This document shows positions 1 through 11,726 of a stretch of 64,000 nucleotides of DNA, piece by piece. The position numbers were made by a program, and so were the translations under genes. Under the pieces are notes generated by a model that was not told the DNA's origin, did no database searches, and saw only the letters and a program-made list of their open reading frames with translations. Position 1 is the stretch's first letter; each line of letters begins with the position of its first letter. The stretch comes from Naegleria gruberi (Eukaryota). The stretch lies in assembly GCA_000004985.1 (NCBI GenBank), contig GG738845.1. The stretch is one strand, 5' to 3'.

Positions 1-111
1 CCAAATAAAAACCCTCCTTCTTTCCAACCTCCATTGATCGATACACAATGATATCACCTGAAAATCCAGAGAGTGCCAATAGAATTTCGTGCAACATTTT
101 TTTTTATCTTT

Positions 112-123
112 TTTGGCGCCAAA
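112..123. promoter_or_regulatory. E2F-like palindrome TTTGGCGCCAAA. A second AAAGGCGCCAAA copy is at about 413..424
   Basis: Perfect 12-bp palindrome containing GGCGCC, 370 bp upstream of the ATG at 481. A related copy lies 57 bp upstream of that ATG. The same palindrome recurs upstream of three other genes. Confidence 0.45.
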
Positions 124-480
124 CCTTTGAATCACAATACAATTTAAGCTTGTGTTTGTGGTGTCTGAGAAATGACATTTAATGTTGCTGCTAGTTTCAA
201 ATAGTCGATCAATCTGAATCAGTTGACTTGGAATGCTTAACCAAATTTATTAAATCTGATTCTAGATTTGCTTATCAAGATTTCATGATCAACCAAGTAG
301 AACACATTGTCAAATTACTTGAATAACTGAAAATAAACTAAAAAATTTGTCAAAGCTCACTATTAATAAACCATTGCATCTCACACAATTAACCTCAAGA
401 AGGAATTCCTTCAAAGGCGCCAAACATTTCTTCTTGTAATCACACAAGAATTAAAATCAAGAGCTGCTCAACGAAAAAAA

Positions 481-1686
481 ATGACAAAGAAGAGAAACAC
501 TGCTTCAAAGAGAAAGGCCGAAGAAGAAGAAAAGACAACTCCTACTGAAACCAAGGAGGAAGAAGAAGAAGTAGAAGTGTACAAAAAGAAGACAAGTACT
601 GGTTCTAGAAAGGGCATCCGTAAGGCTGTTGCTCCTCTCTCTTCCGAAGAAAAGAAGGAAAAGGAAATCAAGGCACGCAAAGAATCAGTAGAAGCCAGAA
701 AGAAGAGAAAGGTTGAAAAGACCGTAAAGAAGAAGCACAGTGTTGTTGAAATTGAAAATTTATGGCAAGGATGGAAGGAAGTTTTCCTCGTTGGTACTGA
801 GTGGAATTGTTATGATTTAGTTTATAATGTGGATTGGGATTTTGAACATCTTCATGATTTTTTATTCTATGATGAGGATAGTGCAACAATTAGTGGAGAA
901 GGAGAGGAAGAACAAAAACCACCAGAACATGTTCTTCCAAAAGGAAAACAATGTTTTGTCTTTGGATGTACTGAACCACAACTTATTGATAATGAAATGG
1001 TCTACATTCCAGCTCTTGTTGCCGTTGTTAGTGATCTTGCTCCACCAACCACTATCGGTATTAAATCCGTTCAAATGGTAAATGAAGAAATTGTGGATAT
1101 GAAGAAGCTTAAAATGTCTTGGGTTCCATTCATTCCAAGAGAAGATAAGAGTCAAAATATTGGACAATCCAATATTCCAAAAGTCTTTGCTTTGCATTGC
1201 AACTTGAGAAGAAATTTGCTTTCCAAGATGAAGGAAGAAGATGTCAGAAAGTATGAATACTGTCTGCCATATTGTTTCAGACCAAATCGTGTAGTTGAAG
1301 AAATCAAGAAAGATAATGAAGGAGCTATTGAACTCTTATACGTTCTTGACAAGTCTGGTAGTGTTCAATTCAGTTTTGATCCAAAAGAAGATGACATTGA
1401 TACAATTATTGAAGAAGTTTGTGAAGACAATGATTTGGATGCTGATGTTTACAGTGCAAAATTAAAGACCTTCATTAAGGATGAAGTCAAGAAACACAAG
1501 GAAACTGTCCAAAAGAAAGTCGAAGCCAAGGAAGAGGAAATCAGCAAATTGAGCGAAGAGCAAAGAAAATCTTTGAATGAAATGAAGGTCTACAAATTCT
1601 ATCCAAAGAATACCAAACCAGATTTGTCATCATTCAAGGTTGCCTATGTTAATAGATATTACGGAAAGGCTGATGTTACATTGTAA
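481..1686 (+). CDS. Hypothetical protein with a lysine/glutamate-rich N-terminus, 401 aa
   Basis: Uninterrupted ORF with ATG at 481. The N-terminal 100 aa are K/E-rich low complexity. The C-terminal region is charged and coiled-coil-like. No family recognised. Two GGCGCC palindromes lie upstream, at about 112-123 and 413-424. Confidence 0.55.
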   Translation: MTKKRNTASKRKAEEEEKTTPTETKEEEEEVEVYKKKTSTGSRKGIRKAVAPLSSEEKKEKEIKARKESVEARKKRKVEKTVKKKHSVVEIENLWQGWKEVFLVGTEWNCYDLVYNVDWDFEHLHDFLFYDEDSATISGEGEEEQKPPEHVLPKGKQCFVFGCTEPQLIDNEMVYIPALVAVVSDLAPPTTIGIKSVQMVNEEIVDMKKLKMSWVPFIPREDKSQNIGQSNIPKVFALHCNLRRNLLSKMKEEDVRKYEYCLPYCFRPNRVVEEIKKDNEGAIELLYVLDKSGSVQFSFDPKEDDIDTIIEEVCEDNDLDADVYSAKLKTFIKDEVKKHKETVQKKVEAKEEEISKLSEEQRKSLNEMKVYKFYPKNTKPDLSSFKVAYVNRYYGKADVTL

Positions 1687-1950
1687 TCTGTGCCACACAC
1701 AATAAAAACAAAATTTTCACTTAAACCCACTCTCTCTTTCGACCAAGAAGAAGCGAATATGCTTTCCAGTAAACAATTTTATTGAAGATTAAAATTAATT
1801 GAACATCAAAATCAAAAAAAAACCAGCATAAAAAAAATCCTTGTTGAACATTTTCAATTTTAATATTCGGAATTTTTTATTGGCAAAAAGACAAGAACAA
1901 CAATTAACAACAACAAGAACATCCGATCAATTTAACAAATAATTTGGAAA

Positions 1951-4676
1951 ATGGAAGGATTTGACAATTTTGTTCAACGTTTAAAGGGTAACGCCTATGA
2001 TATGGGTGCTGAAGAGGAAAAGTATAGAAAAAAGGAAGAGGAAAGAAAAAAGAGAAAGGAAACAGCCTTTGCAAAATTCGGACTTTCTCAACTCTTATTA
2101 AAACAAATTAAAAGATGTGGATTTTTCAATCCAACACCAATTCAGCAAAGTTCGATACCTGTTATTACACAAGGAAGAGATGTGATTGCTATGGCTAGAA
2201 CTGGTTCAGGTAAAACTGTTTCTTACCTTTTCCCTCTTTTTGAGAGATTGGATTATAAACACTCTTCAATTGTTGGAGCTAGAGCTGTCATTATTGTCCC
2301 AACTAGAGAACTTGTATTGCAAGTGAATAAGGTTATTTATGATTTTATTGGTAAAACATCTGATTTGAAAACATGTATGCTTTTTGGTGGTAAATCAATG
2401 GAAGGTCAATTTGAAAGATTGAGTGCCAATCCAGATATGTAAGTAGATGATGAAATTCTATATGTTTTTTATTCATTTCTTTCAGAATTATTGCAACACC
2501 TGGTCGTTTGTTGCACATTATTTTAGAAACTGGTTTGAGTTTAAAGAGAGTGGAATATGTAGTTTTCGATGAAGCTGATCGTTTATTCGAAATGGGTCTT
2601 TCAGAACAATTATATCAAATTATTGCCAAATTACCAACAACTAGACAAACACTTTTATTCTCTGCAACACTTCCATCAGCTGTAGCTGAATTTTCTAAAG
2701 CAGGATTGACTTCACCTGAATTGATTAGATTGGATTCAGAAGTTAAAGTGAGTGATAATATTAGATTGAGTGGACTTTTTGTTAGATCGAATGAAAAAGT
2801 TGCTGCCCTTCTTTACTTGTTAAATAGTGTAATTTCTCATCGTGAGACAACTATAATTTTCATTCCAACTAGACACCACGCCGAATATTTCCTTACATTA
2901 TTTACTCATTACAAGATTGAAGCAACAGTTGTTTATGGTAGTATGGATCAACAAGCTCGTATGGAAAATCTTGACAAGTTCAGAAATGGAGAAGCTAATA
3001 TTTTACTTGTAACAGATGTTGCTGCTCGTGGTATCGATATTCCTGATGTGAACAATGTCATTAATTACAATTTCCCAGGTAAACCAAAGTTATTCGTCCA
3101 CAGAGTTGGTCGTGTTGGTCGTGCTGGTAAAGTTGGTACTGCATACTCACTGATAGCTCCTGATGAAGTTCCATTTTTCCTTGATCTTGAATTATTCTTG
3201 GGAAGAAAATCAAGAAATGTTGTTATGGAAACAATTTATGAGGATGAAGATTCTAGGCAAGTTCCTGCTGATTTATCTGGTAGAAATTGGAGAGAATTTA
3301 TTGATGGATATATTGGAATTATTCCTCAATCAATTCTTGATAGAGAAATTGAACACTTGGCACATTTGGAAAGGATTGATGGTGGCCTTTTGAATGAAAA
3401 GGAAGTTTGTGATAGAGCTTTAACACTTTATAATAGAACTAGAGGTGATCCAAGTGGTGCTTCTATTGGAAGATCTAAGGAATTGCACACTCTTGCTATT
3501 CACCCAATGATTAAGGTTTTAGAGGTCATAACAGATGAAGAAGAGGAACAACATGATATTATTGCACAAATGAAGGATTACAGACCTGGTCAAACAATCT
3601 TTGAATTTAAAGAAAAGGAAAAGAGTGCTGAAGCTGAAATTATGAAAAAGAGAAGACAATATTTGAAACAAGCTCAAGTTTTGAAACAAGTAAGAGATTA
3701 TTCCATTCAATCAGGAGTTGAAAGTGATGAAGAAAATGATGCAAATGCCACCAAGGAAAAACCAAAACCAAAGTCACTTGCTGAAAGACTCTTAAGTGAA
3801 GATTCTAAACAAGACAGATTTTCCAAACTGACGAATGTTGTAGCTCCAAAGAAGAAGAAGGAATTTAAGGATCCAAACTTTTTCATGGAATATACAAAGG
3901 AAGATCAAGTTCAAGATCCATCAGAGGATCACTATGCTCTTAACGGTGCCTCCTCAAAGAAGAAACAATTGACAAGTGTCGTCTCAAGTGAATTTAATGA
4001 AATTCCACAACAAAGTATCAGCGATGCAGTTATGGATATTGGAGGTGAAACTAGAGAAGAATTGAATAATCAAAGAAAGAAGCAAGGTATGATTTGGGAT
4101 AGAAAGAAGGGTAAATATGTTGTTGGTACAATGGGTATTGATGGTAAGGTCAGAAGAGATGATAATAAGAAGAAGGATACTCTCAAGACAACTGATGCCT
4201 ATGCCAAGTGGAAGAGAAAAACTCACGGTAGAATTCAAGGTGTTGGTGAATTGGAAGAAAAACAAGACTTTGTCAAAGCTAGAAGTCAAGACGATGATGA
4301 AAATGGTGGTTTTGGATTTGAATCATACAGAGATGAAGGAGAAGAAATTACACTTACCAATAACAAGAAGAGGAAAAAGGCTCCTTGGGAAGAAAAAGAC
4401 GAGCAAAAATCTTCCAAGAAACGTAAGAGTGCAATTAAGGAAGGTAAGGGTGGTAAAGATGAAGTCAAGACAGAAGCTCAATTGGCCAAGATTAGAAATG
4501 ATAAGAAGAAACAACAACAACACAACAAGGTCAAGTTCATGATGAAGAAACATGGTGCTGCTTCCGTTTTAGGTTCACTTCAAAGAAAGGGTATGATGAA
4601 AGCTTTGGAAAACAGAAGTGCACTTCCAAACAAAAACTCAAAAGGTCAAGTTCGTCTTTTCAGAAAACGAAAATAA
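1951..4676 (+). CDS. DEAD-box ATP-dependent RNA helicase, DDX54/Dbp10-like. Two exons, about 1951..2438 and 2486..4676
   Basis: Exon 1 carries the Q motif (FNPTPIQ), motif I (ARTGSGKT) and PTRELV. Intron: GTAAGT donor at about 2439 and TTTCAG acceptor ending about 2485 (47 nt, phase 2). Splicing recreates motif Ib as ...SANPDIIIATPGRLLH. Exon 2 has DEAD (VVFDEAD), SAT, HRETTIIF, ARGID and HRVGRVGR motifs, followed by a long basic C-terminal extension typical of Dbp10/DDX54. Confidence 0.85.
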
Positions 4677-4821
4677 ATTATATTCGTATTAATTTAATGT
4701 ACAAATAATAGCTTATCCATATCAATTGGGTTATACTCTATATTTCTAAAGAAGAAAAATTCTATTAATTAAATAATTTGAAATAAATTCAAACTTCCAA
4801 CATTCCACACAAAATATTTGT

Positions 4822-5238
4822 TTACAAGATACCTCTTTGTGACTTGAATTTTTGAACCAAATCAGGGAATAATTCTTCCAAAAATTTAACTTGCTCCTCC
4901 TTGGTCATGGAAAATGATGCAACATTTGATTGTTGATGATTTAATGGATAGAGAGAAACTACAGTATCCCTCAATGGAACATTCTTTTGCATTTCAGTCT
5001 TTAAATCCAAATTTAATTTTTCAATTTTTGCTTTTCCTCCCTTCTCGCATTCTCTCTTCCACGAGTATAAACTTTGAGAATTGATAACCTTTTCCGAATT
5101 GGCTCCTCCTCTCACAAAATAGTTGGATGTCAACCAAACAACAATCGGAGCAGAAATTGTATAGAAAATATAGTATCTGTGAACGTGCATTTTAGCAGCA
5201 CGAAAACGTTTATGCCAATCACTTTCAATTTCAGGCAT
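4822..5238 (-). CDS. Small single-pass membrane protein, 138 aa, possibly COX16-like
   Basis: ORF with a basic N-terminus followed by one hydrophobic helix (YYIFYTISAPIVVWLTS). It loosely resembles the COX16 layout of a basic stretch, a transmembrane helix and a conserved region. Confidence 0.35.
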   Translation of the reverse strand: MPEIESDWHKRFRAAKMHVHRYYIFYTISAPIVVWLTSNYFVRGGANSEKVINSQSLYSWKRECEKGGKAKIEKLNLDLKTEMQKNVPLRDTVVSLYPLNHQQSNVASFSMTKEEQVKFLEELFPDLVQKFKSQRGIL

Positions 5239-5306
5239 TTTTTAATAATGATAAAGAAATATTGAAAATCATTTTTAAATGATAAAAGAAATAATTATTA
5301 GTTTAT

Positions 5307-6658
5307 TTAATCTTGTTTCCTTAATTTATGAACAACACCTTCGAGTAATGCATCAATATAGTTCAATACAACAAAAATACCAGCACATACAGCCATCAAG
5401 TCAACAATGAAATGAGTGAATGGCATACCATTTTCTTCATAGGTAATTCTGATAGGTTCAAAATTGTAAACAAAAAAGACACCTGGAAGCATCATCATCT
5501 TGGAACTATCAAATGGCATGACGTGTTTTGTGAAGGAGAATTGATAGGTATTAATAGTACTGGAGAAGTATGAGGAACCAATGTATGTTGTTGGAACAGC
5601 CTTAATGAAATATTTGAAAAGAGCTGTCTTTGGAGCTTGAGCATCACTTTCCTCAATCTTTGGAATGATACCAACAGTTTCATCGAGTGGATAAGTAACA
5701 TGTGGAATTCTCAAACCAAATGAAAGTGAGTGAATAATATGAGTACTATTGTATCTATCAACGAGAATTGGATTAAATTCGTGAATGTGATGAACTCTGG
5801 TTTCATATTCTTGAGAGAATGAACGTCCAGGAAGGAAGTGGAAATTACCATTCACCTTTTGTACATCCAATGTACCATAAATGTTACATCCAGGATGATT
5901 CTTAGAAGCATCAAATAAACATTGTTCAACATCCTCAACTCGTGGAGCTGGCAATCCATTTCTCTTATAAACTTCCATAACATCTTGGCAAGTATTACAA
6001 CATTCCCCTCTTCTTTGCTCAACATAACAGGTGCCACAATACATAATACTATGTGGATCTTTTGTTGGATCGTACTTATCTTGTGGCATTTCAGTTCCGA
6101 GTTTTGTTTTATGTTTTGGTGATTCCAAATGAGTAATTCTTCCTGATGAATCGACTGGAACTTTATGAATGTGGTGAGCAACATCAATGGCAGCATCTCC
6201 ACTAGCATCAACAGAATCCACATGAAGATCGTAACATTTTAAATCAGGGAATGAAATATTAAAGAAAATAACAACTCTATCCTCAACTTGAATATCAACA
6301 GAGAGTGTATCCCGTCTGTTAATACTAAGATATCGGATCAAGGCTGATCCAACAAGAAAAATTATAATAATGAGAGCCAGAATAGAAACTATTACGATCA
6401 TCACTATTACTGTATAGTATATTTTAACTTACCAACACCACCCAATGAAGTTTTCTTTGTTGCTATGGAATCTGTTTTTGAATACAAATCAAATGATCGT
6501 ATACTTTTCATAATTTTACTCTTCATTTCCGTTTTGGATTTAATTTCGCTAGCATAGTTTGATGATGAATAGCTATCGGATGTTCCAGGTCGTCTTCTAA
6601 GACCATCATTAGGATTTCCACCATATGAATAGTTGGGTGTTGATGATGGTTGGAACAT
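5307..6658 (-). CDS. ERGIC3/Erv46-family ER-Golgi cargo receptor. Two exons on the minus strand, about 6658..6433 and 6409..5307
   Basis: The upstream ORF encodes the N-terminal ...IRSFDLYSKT... (FDAYPKT-like) motif. A 23-nt intron (GTAAGTTAAAATATACTATACAG, phase 1) joins it to ...GGV-VIVMIVIVSILALIIII..., which is transmembrane helix 1. Exon 2 has the ERGIC_N and COPII-coated ERV domains, including the CNTC cysteine cluster, a C-terminal transmembrane helix and a KLRKQD tail. The true start Met may be internal (MKSKIMKSIRSFD). Confidence 0.75.
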
Positions 6659-6867
6659 TTTTTTAATATTTTCTCTTCTTGTTATTCATCATATGATGAT
6701 GTAATTTTCGAAAATACAATTTCATTTCTATAGTATTAACAAACTACTAGCATATAAATTTCCAATATTATTATTATGAAATCCGTTCTTTAATTCCTTC
6801 ATATTACACGCATCATGTAATCGACAATAAGAATGTGAAAGCATTCAAATAAAGAGTTGAAAAAAAA

Positions 6868-8796
6868 ATGTTCATCAAAAAAGGACCAACAACAGTCACT
6901 AGCAATGGTGGTACTAGTAAAACCGAAAATAACAAGAAGAATTCCTCTGGTTCTACCACTCCAAAAAAGAAGATTGAAAAGATTACACCACAAAAAGAAG
7001 AAATTGTTCCTGATGAAGATATGATGATTTCGGATGATGAAAATGTTGCTTCTGAAGAAACAACAAAACAGAAACAACAACCAAGTCATCACAAGAAAGT
7101 TAATGATAGTTTGACAAGTATTCTCTTTGGTGGATATAAATCAGCAGCAAAGGATCTTTCAATTAATTTATTTAATTCATCAGATGAGCTCAATCTTCAA
7201 AAGATAATGACTGATGATGAATTAATATTTGGTGAAACAAAAGCTAAGGTTTCTACCTTCAATGAATTGAAATCTGACATTGAGCAACAAGATGATTCTG
7301 ATTTATTCTATGTTGAAAAGCCTTCTATTCATCAAAATGATGAAATGTTGGATGAAGGTGAAGTTTCTAAAAAGAAGATGAAGCTTATTAAATTAAAACC
7401 TGCTTGGGAAGATGTTTATACAAAGGAATTACGTATTGCCAATGATGATGACGAAGAAGAAATTGAGGAAATTGACCAAGATGGAATTACTCAAAGTCTT
7501 GTTCAAGGATTTTTAAAGAGAAAGAGAGATGGACAAAATTCTTCAATTTTATTAGGTTCAGAATATGAAAAGAAGATGAGAAAGATTTATACACACTTAT
7601 TCCCAACTCCTCACTGGGCAAAACTCAAAGTTAAACAATATGAAAATGAAAATCAAGATGGAACTGTATCAATTAGAGAAGAAATCATTGATGAAAATAA
7701 TTTGAATCAAACTGCAGACGAAATTTTACAAAAATCCTCAGAAAAGACCATTGTAGAATCATTGAATAATCTTGATAGGTTTAAACTTGCCTATCAAAAG
7801 CTTAATGATATCAATGGACAAGAACGTGTTGGACAAGTTTTCAGCATTGCATTCCATCCAAATCTTAATATTGCTGCCGTTTTGAACTCTGATAAGAAGA
7901 TTAGAATTTTCACTGTTGATGGTGAACTCAACCCAATTTTGGACAGACTGCAAATAACCAACCAAGGTGATAATGACTTGAAGAGTATTGCCTTCACAAA
8001 GGATGGTAAATCAATTATTTCATTCTTGGATAAATCAGCCTACTTCCTCATGACAGATATGGACAGTGGTAAAACAAGAAGAACTCAAAAGCTATTCTCA
8101 CGAAGGAGACGTGGTGATGAGAAGGAAGGTGGTAAATTCCTCTTACACAATGCCTTTGATGTTTCAAATGATAACAAACTTATAGCAGTCGCTGATGATA
8201 TTGGTAGTGTCTTGCTCATTTCTCGAAAGACTCTCAATATCAAACATACATTCACATCCAACATGACACAAGTTTCTGGTGTTACATTCAGTGAAGATTC
8301 CAAGACTTTGTTTGTTGTGGGTAAGGGTGGTAAGGTATATGTCTATGATGTAGAAAGTGAAAAGATCAAACATATTTTCGCTGATCATGGTTCCATTCAT
8401 ACTCATTCTGTTGCTGTTTCTCCTGATATGCAATATATTGCCACCGGATCAACATCTGGTGCTGTGAATCTCTATCGTTGGGCAGATGTTTTCAATGGAC
8501 AAGCTCCAAAACCTCTTGGAACATTTATGAATTTGACAACCACTGCCAATTATTTAAGGTTTACCTCTGATTCTCAATTGTTGCTTTTTGCTTCCACTGA
8601 AAAATCGAATGCATTCCGTTTTGCTCACATTTCCTCCCTCTATGTCTATTCCAATTTCCCTGGTGAAATTAGTATGAAGAAACAATATTCTTTCAATTCA
8701 ATAACTTTGAGTTCATCATCGAGTTTCCTCTCATTGGGTTGTCAAAGTGGACCAGTCATTCTTTTCAAACTTCCATACTATGCTAATAAACAATAA
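6868..8796 (+). CDS. WD40-repeat nucleolar protein, UTP18/WDR50-like (SSU processome)
   Basis: 642-aa ORF. It has an acidic N-terminal region with a KPAWEDV...DDDEEEIEE motif, followed by WD repeats (FHPNLNIAAV...IRIFTVDGELN; FTKDGKSII; FSEDSKTLFVVGKGGKVYVYDV; ATGSTSGAVNLYRW). Confidence 0.5.
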   Translation: MFIKKGPTTVTSNGGTSKTENNKKNSSGSTTPKKKIEKITPQKEEIVPDEDMMISDDENVASEETTKQKQQPSHHKKVNDSLTSILFGGYKSAAKDLSINLFNSSDELNLQKIMTDDELIFGETKAKVSTFNELKSDIEQQDDSDLFYVEKPSIHQNDEMLDEGEVSKKKMKLIKLKPAWEDVYTKELRIANDDDEEEIEEIDQDGITQSLVQGFLKRKRDGQNSSILLGSEYEKKMRKIYTHLFPTPHWAKLKVKQYENENQDGTVSIREEIIDENNLNQTADEILQKSSEKTIVESLNNLDRFKLAYQKLNDINGQERVGQVFSIAFHPNLNIAAVLNSDKKIRIFTVDGELNPILDRLQITNQGDNDLKSIAFTKDGKSIISFLDKSAYFLMTDMDSGKTRRTQKLFSRRRRGDEKEGGKFLLHNAFDVSNDNKLIAVADDIGSVLLISRKTLNIKHTFTSNMTQVSGVTFSEDSKTLFVVGKGGKVYVYDVESEKIKHIFADHGSIHTHSVAVSPDMQYIATGSTSGAVNLYRWADVFNGQAPKPLGTFMNLTTTANYLRFTSDSQLLLFASTEKSNAFRFAHISSLYVYSNFPGEISMKKQYSFNSITLSSSSSFLSLGCQSGPVILFKLPYYANKQ

Positions 8797-9026
8797 TTTG
8801 TTGTTCTTTTAAGATTTAGATTTAGTGATTTTTCACTCCGAGTTTTATTGGATCAATCCCACAGTGACTATATGGATGTTTTTACATAAATAATTTTAAG
8901 TTTTTAAATTGTGTGTTTGCTTATTCGACAGCTCTTTCTCCTCTCATCAATTTACTATTTGTTCCATTCATGCATGAAAATATTGATGCAGAAAATATTA
9001 GCTAAACTTTGAAAATCATTAATACT

Positions 9027-9568
9027 TACGCTCTGACTTCTCTGATGGTCTTTTCATCAACAGCGTGTGTATACTTTTGGACCTTGTCTTTGCATTGTCT
9101 GATGACATCAACACCGTGTTTATACCAACAATCTTCGACATCCTTTCGCAAAAGTTCAACTTCAGCAGTGTAGACAGTCCATTCTCTGGCAACCCAAGTC
9201 TTGAATTCAATGAGTTGGTTAGCGCTTGTACATTCTCCCCTGTTGTTTTATAATTATTATTATTGACAAAGAAATAAATCGCCATCATAAAATCCACATA
9301 AATTCCACAACAATTTGTCATCATCATAATTATTTAAATTAATCCAGCAATTATTATTCATTATCATCACATCATCCACACAGAATATATCCTCCTAAAT
9401 TTTCAACACTTACTTTAAACATGGTGAAACTTCCAATGGATTCTTTCTGAGACGGAGTGGTTTATTACCAGTTCTCCACTTATCGGCATTCAAAAATTGA
9501 TAATTTGGTGCTGATTCTTCGTATTGGTTATTGACTTTAGGGGTATCGACTTCAGGGGAACCGCTCAT
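9027..9568 (-). CDS. Small 2-exon protein of about 120 aa, unassigned. Exons about 9568..9414 and 9239..9027
   Basis: ATG at about 9568 (MSGSPEVDTPKVNNQYEESAPNYQFLNADKWRTGNKPLRLRKNPLEVSPCLK). A GTAAGT donor at about 9413 and an AACAG acceptor at about 9240 give a 174-nt phase-2 intron. Exon 2 reads GECTSANQLIEFKTWVAREWTVYTAEVELLRKDVEDCWYKHGVDVIRQCKDKVQKYTHAVDEKTIREVRA then stop. Four conserved Cys are present. The ORF track shows only the fused 9019..9327 read-through. Confidence 0.5.
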
Positions 9569-9739
9569 TTTTATTAAAAATTTACAAGAATATTTTTAGG
9601 TTTTTTAAAAATTAAAAAAACAAGTCGTTTGCCAGTTTTTGTATTTCAATACATTATCTTGCACTATTAGGAAGAAACCTTAGTATTGAAGGAATCATAG
9701 TAGGAACAGCTATATATATTAATTTTATAATTGTCGGAA

Positions 9740-11137
9740 ATGAGGAAGCGAAATGTTTTTGTGGATCAGGATTTAATGATGCTTTCCAATACAATGGAAT
9801 TTAGACCACTTGTTATTGACCAAGGAACAGGAATGACAAAGGTTGGATTTGCAGGTGATGATATGCCACTATTGTTGCTGCCAACGGTAATGGCACCTGA
9901 TGAGCTTCATTCCGATCCTCATCACAGCAAGTTTGTAGGCCAAAAGGGATCTCAAGCAACCTCAACAACCAATAATCCAGATGCTAAAAAAGGAGGGCAA
10001 GAAAAAACGCCAGAAGTCAATGTCGCCACAAGTGAGGAGGATGTAAACTACTTGATTGGTGACGATGCTATTGGAGTGGATCGTTCATCTGGAGCCATAT
10101 CTAGATCAGCAAAATATTTTTCTTACAACTCTAACAATTTCAAGAATTTCAATGAAAAAAGGGACATGAGAATGTTGAGCAGTCTTCATTTTCCAATGGA
10201 GAGAGGTGTTGTGGATGATTGGGATATGATGGAAAGAATTTATGAGTCTATTTATGTGAATCAGAAAATTAATACAGCCCCAGAAAACCAACCTCTACTC
10301 ATTTCAGAAGCTTGTGAAAACCCAAAAGAAAATAGATACCACATGGCCGAAATACTCTTTGAAAAATATAAGGTTCCATCAATATATATTGCATCTCAAC
10401 CAGTACTTTCGCTCTACTCAACTGGTAAATCAAGTGGACTTGTTGTGGAGATTGGACATGGAGTTTCTCAAACAGTGCCAATCTTTGAAGGATTCCCACT
10501 CTACCACGCTATTGTCAAATCAGAATTTGGTGGTCTTGACATTACCAACTATTTGAGACAATTGCTCGAGAAGAATAAGCGATATGAAGAGCTGATCAAT
10601 TACAATACTATTGCTGGATATAAGATTTTAACAGAAATGAAAGAAAAACTATGTTACATTTCACAAAACATTGCCGAGGAGCAGTACAACGTAGGCCTCT
10701 CTGAATATGTTCTTCCAGATAGAAAGGTTATTCAAATAACTCATGAAGCTTACAAATGCCCTGAAGCTCTCTTTTACCCAAAACTGGCTGGAAAAACAAA
10801 CATGTTTGGTGTTCATGAGGCTCTTTTCCATGTCTATGACAAATCGGATGATTACATCAAACAAATACTGATGGACAATATAGTTCTGGCTGGAGGTTCA
10901 ACTATGTTTACTGGATTTAAGGAACGCTTAATTGCTGAATTCTCAAGAATACTCACCGAAAAGACAGGAAGCTCAAGAATTACCGATAAGAATGTCCGAG
11001 CAGAAAATGACAGAGTTTTTGGATCATGGATTGGTGGCTCAATACTTGCCTCTCTACCAACGGTTCAAAACTTGTGGATAACAAGACAGGAATATGACGA
11101 GCATCATGATGCTATTTTCAGTAGATGTTATGGTTAA
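9740..11137 (+). CDS. Actin-related protein, Arp family, with a roughly 100-aa insertion
   Basis: Actin fold signatures are present (LVIDQGTGMTKVGFAGDD; GLVVEIGHGVSQTVPIFEGF; DITNYL; VLAGGSTMFTGFKERL; WIGGSILASL). The start is uncertain: ATG at about 9740, or at about 9794 (MEFRPLVID). Confidence 0.75.
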   Translation: MRKRNVFVDQDLMMLSNTMEFRPLVIDQGTGMTKVGFAGDDMPLLLLPTVMAPDELHSDPHHSKFVGQKGSQATSTTNNPDAKKGGQEKTPEVNVATSEEDVNYLIGDDAIGVDRSSGAISRSAKYFSYNSNNFKNFNEKRDMRMLSSLHFPMERGVVDDWDMMERIYESIYVNQKINTAPENQPLLISEACENPKENRYHMAEILFEKYKVPSIYIASQPVLSLYSTGKSSGLVVEIGHGVSQTVPIFEGFPLYHAIVKSEFGGLDITNYLRQLLEKNKRYEELINYNTIAGYKILTEMKEKLCYISQNIAEEQYNVGLSEYVLPDRKVIQITHEAYKCPEALFYPKLAGKTNMFGVHEALFHVYDKSDDYIKQILMDNIVLAGGSTMFTGFKERLIAEFSRILTEKTGSSRITDKNVRAENDRVFGSWIGGSILASLPTVQNLWITRQEYDEHHDAIFSRCYG

Positions 11138-11726
11138 TAGAGATTGAGTTTTAAAAAGATTGAGTCATGTTTCGATTTGAACAATTTCCTAAAGATTTTC
11201 ATAGGTGTCATTCCAGCTACGTATCGTAAATTAAATTAAAAACAATTTTTTGTAAATAAACTTATTGTCATGCAAAAAATTGCTGAAAAAGTAATTTCAT
11301 CCACTTCTGTAAAATTCTTCAAATAAAGAAGTTTGTCTTAAAATCGCCCTGTCCTCAAAACTTCATTCCTTAACTCCCAATCAATTTAAATCGAATTAAA
11401 TTGAAGCAATAAATTTACAACATTACAATATGTAACTCATCTACAGAAAACTATAATCCACAATTGACTGGATGTTAGATAGGAAAAAAAGAGGATGGGG
11501 ATCCTGTTTCGTACATGATAGGAAAATTTGCCTTGGGACAATTGACTTGCAATTCTTCCTCTTGGTTGTATTCTTTGTTTCACATCGGTCATGTCAACAG
11601 CAGCTTAAAGTCCCAGGCTTGCATTGGAAAAAAACCTAAAAAAAAAATTCTCCAAACACCACAACGAAAGTTAGCTGTTACTGGATTGAAGAAAATCTCC
11701 CATCATCAACACACTAATACAACAAC

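Noticed and set aside
468-1352. Several antisense and alternative-frame ORFs (468..680, 668..889, 862..1197, 1152..1352) within the first gene
   Set aside because: They are low-complexity translations of the K/E-rich coding strand, with no independent evidence.
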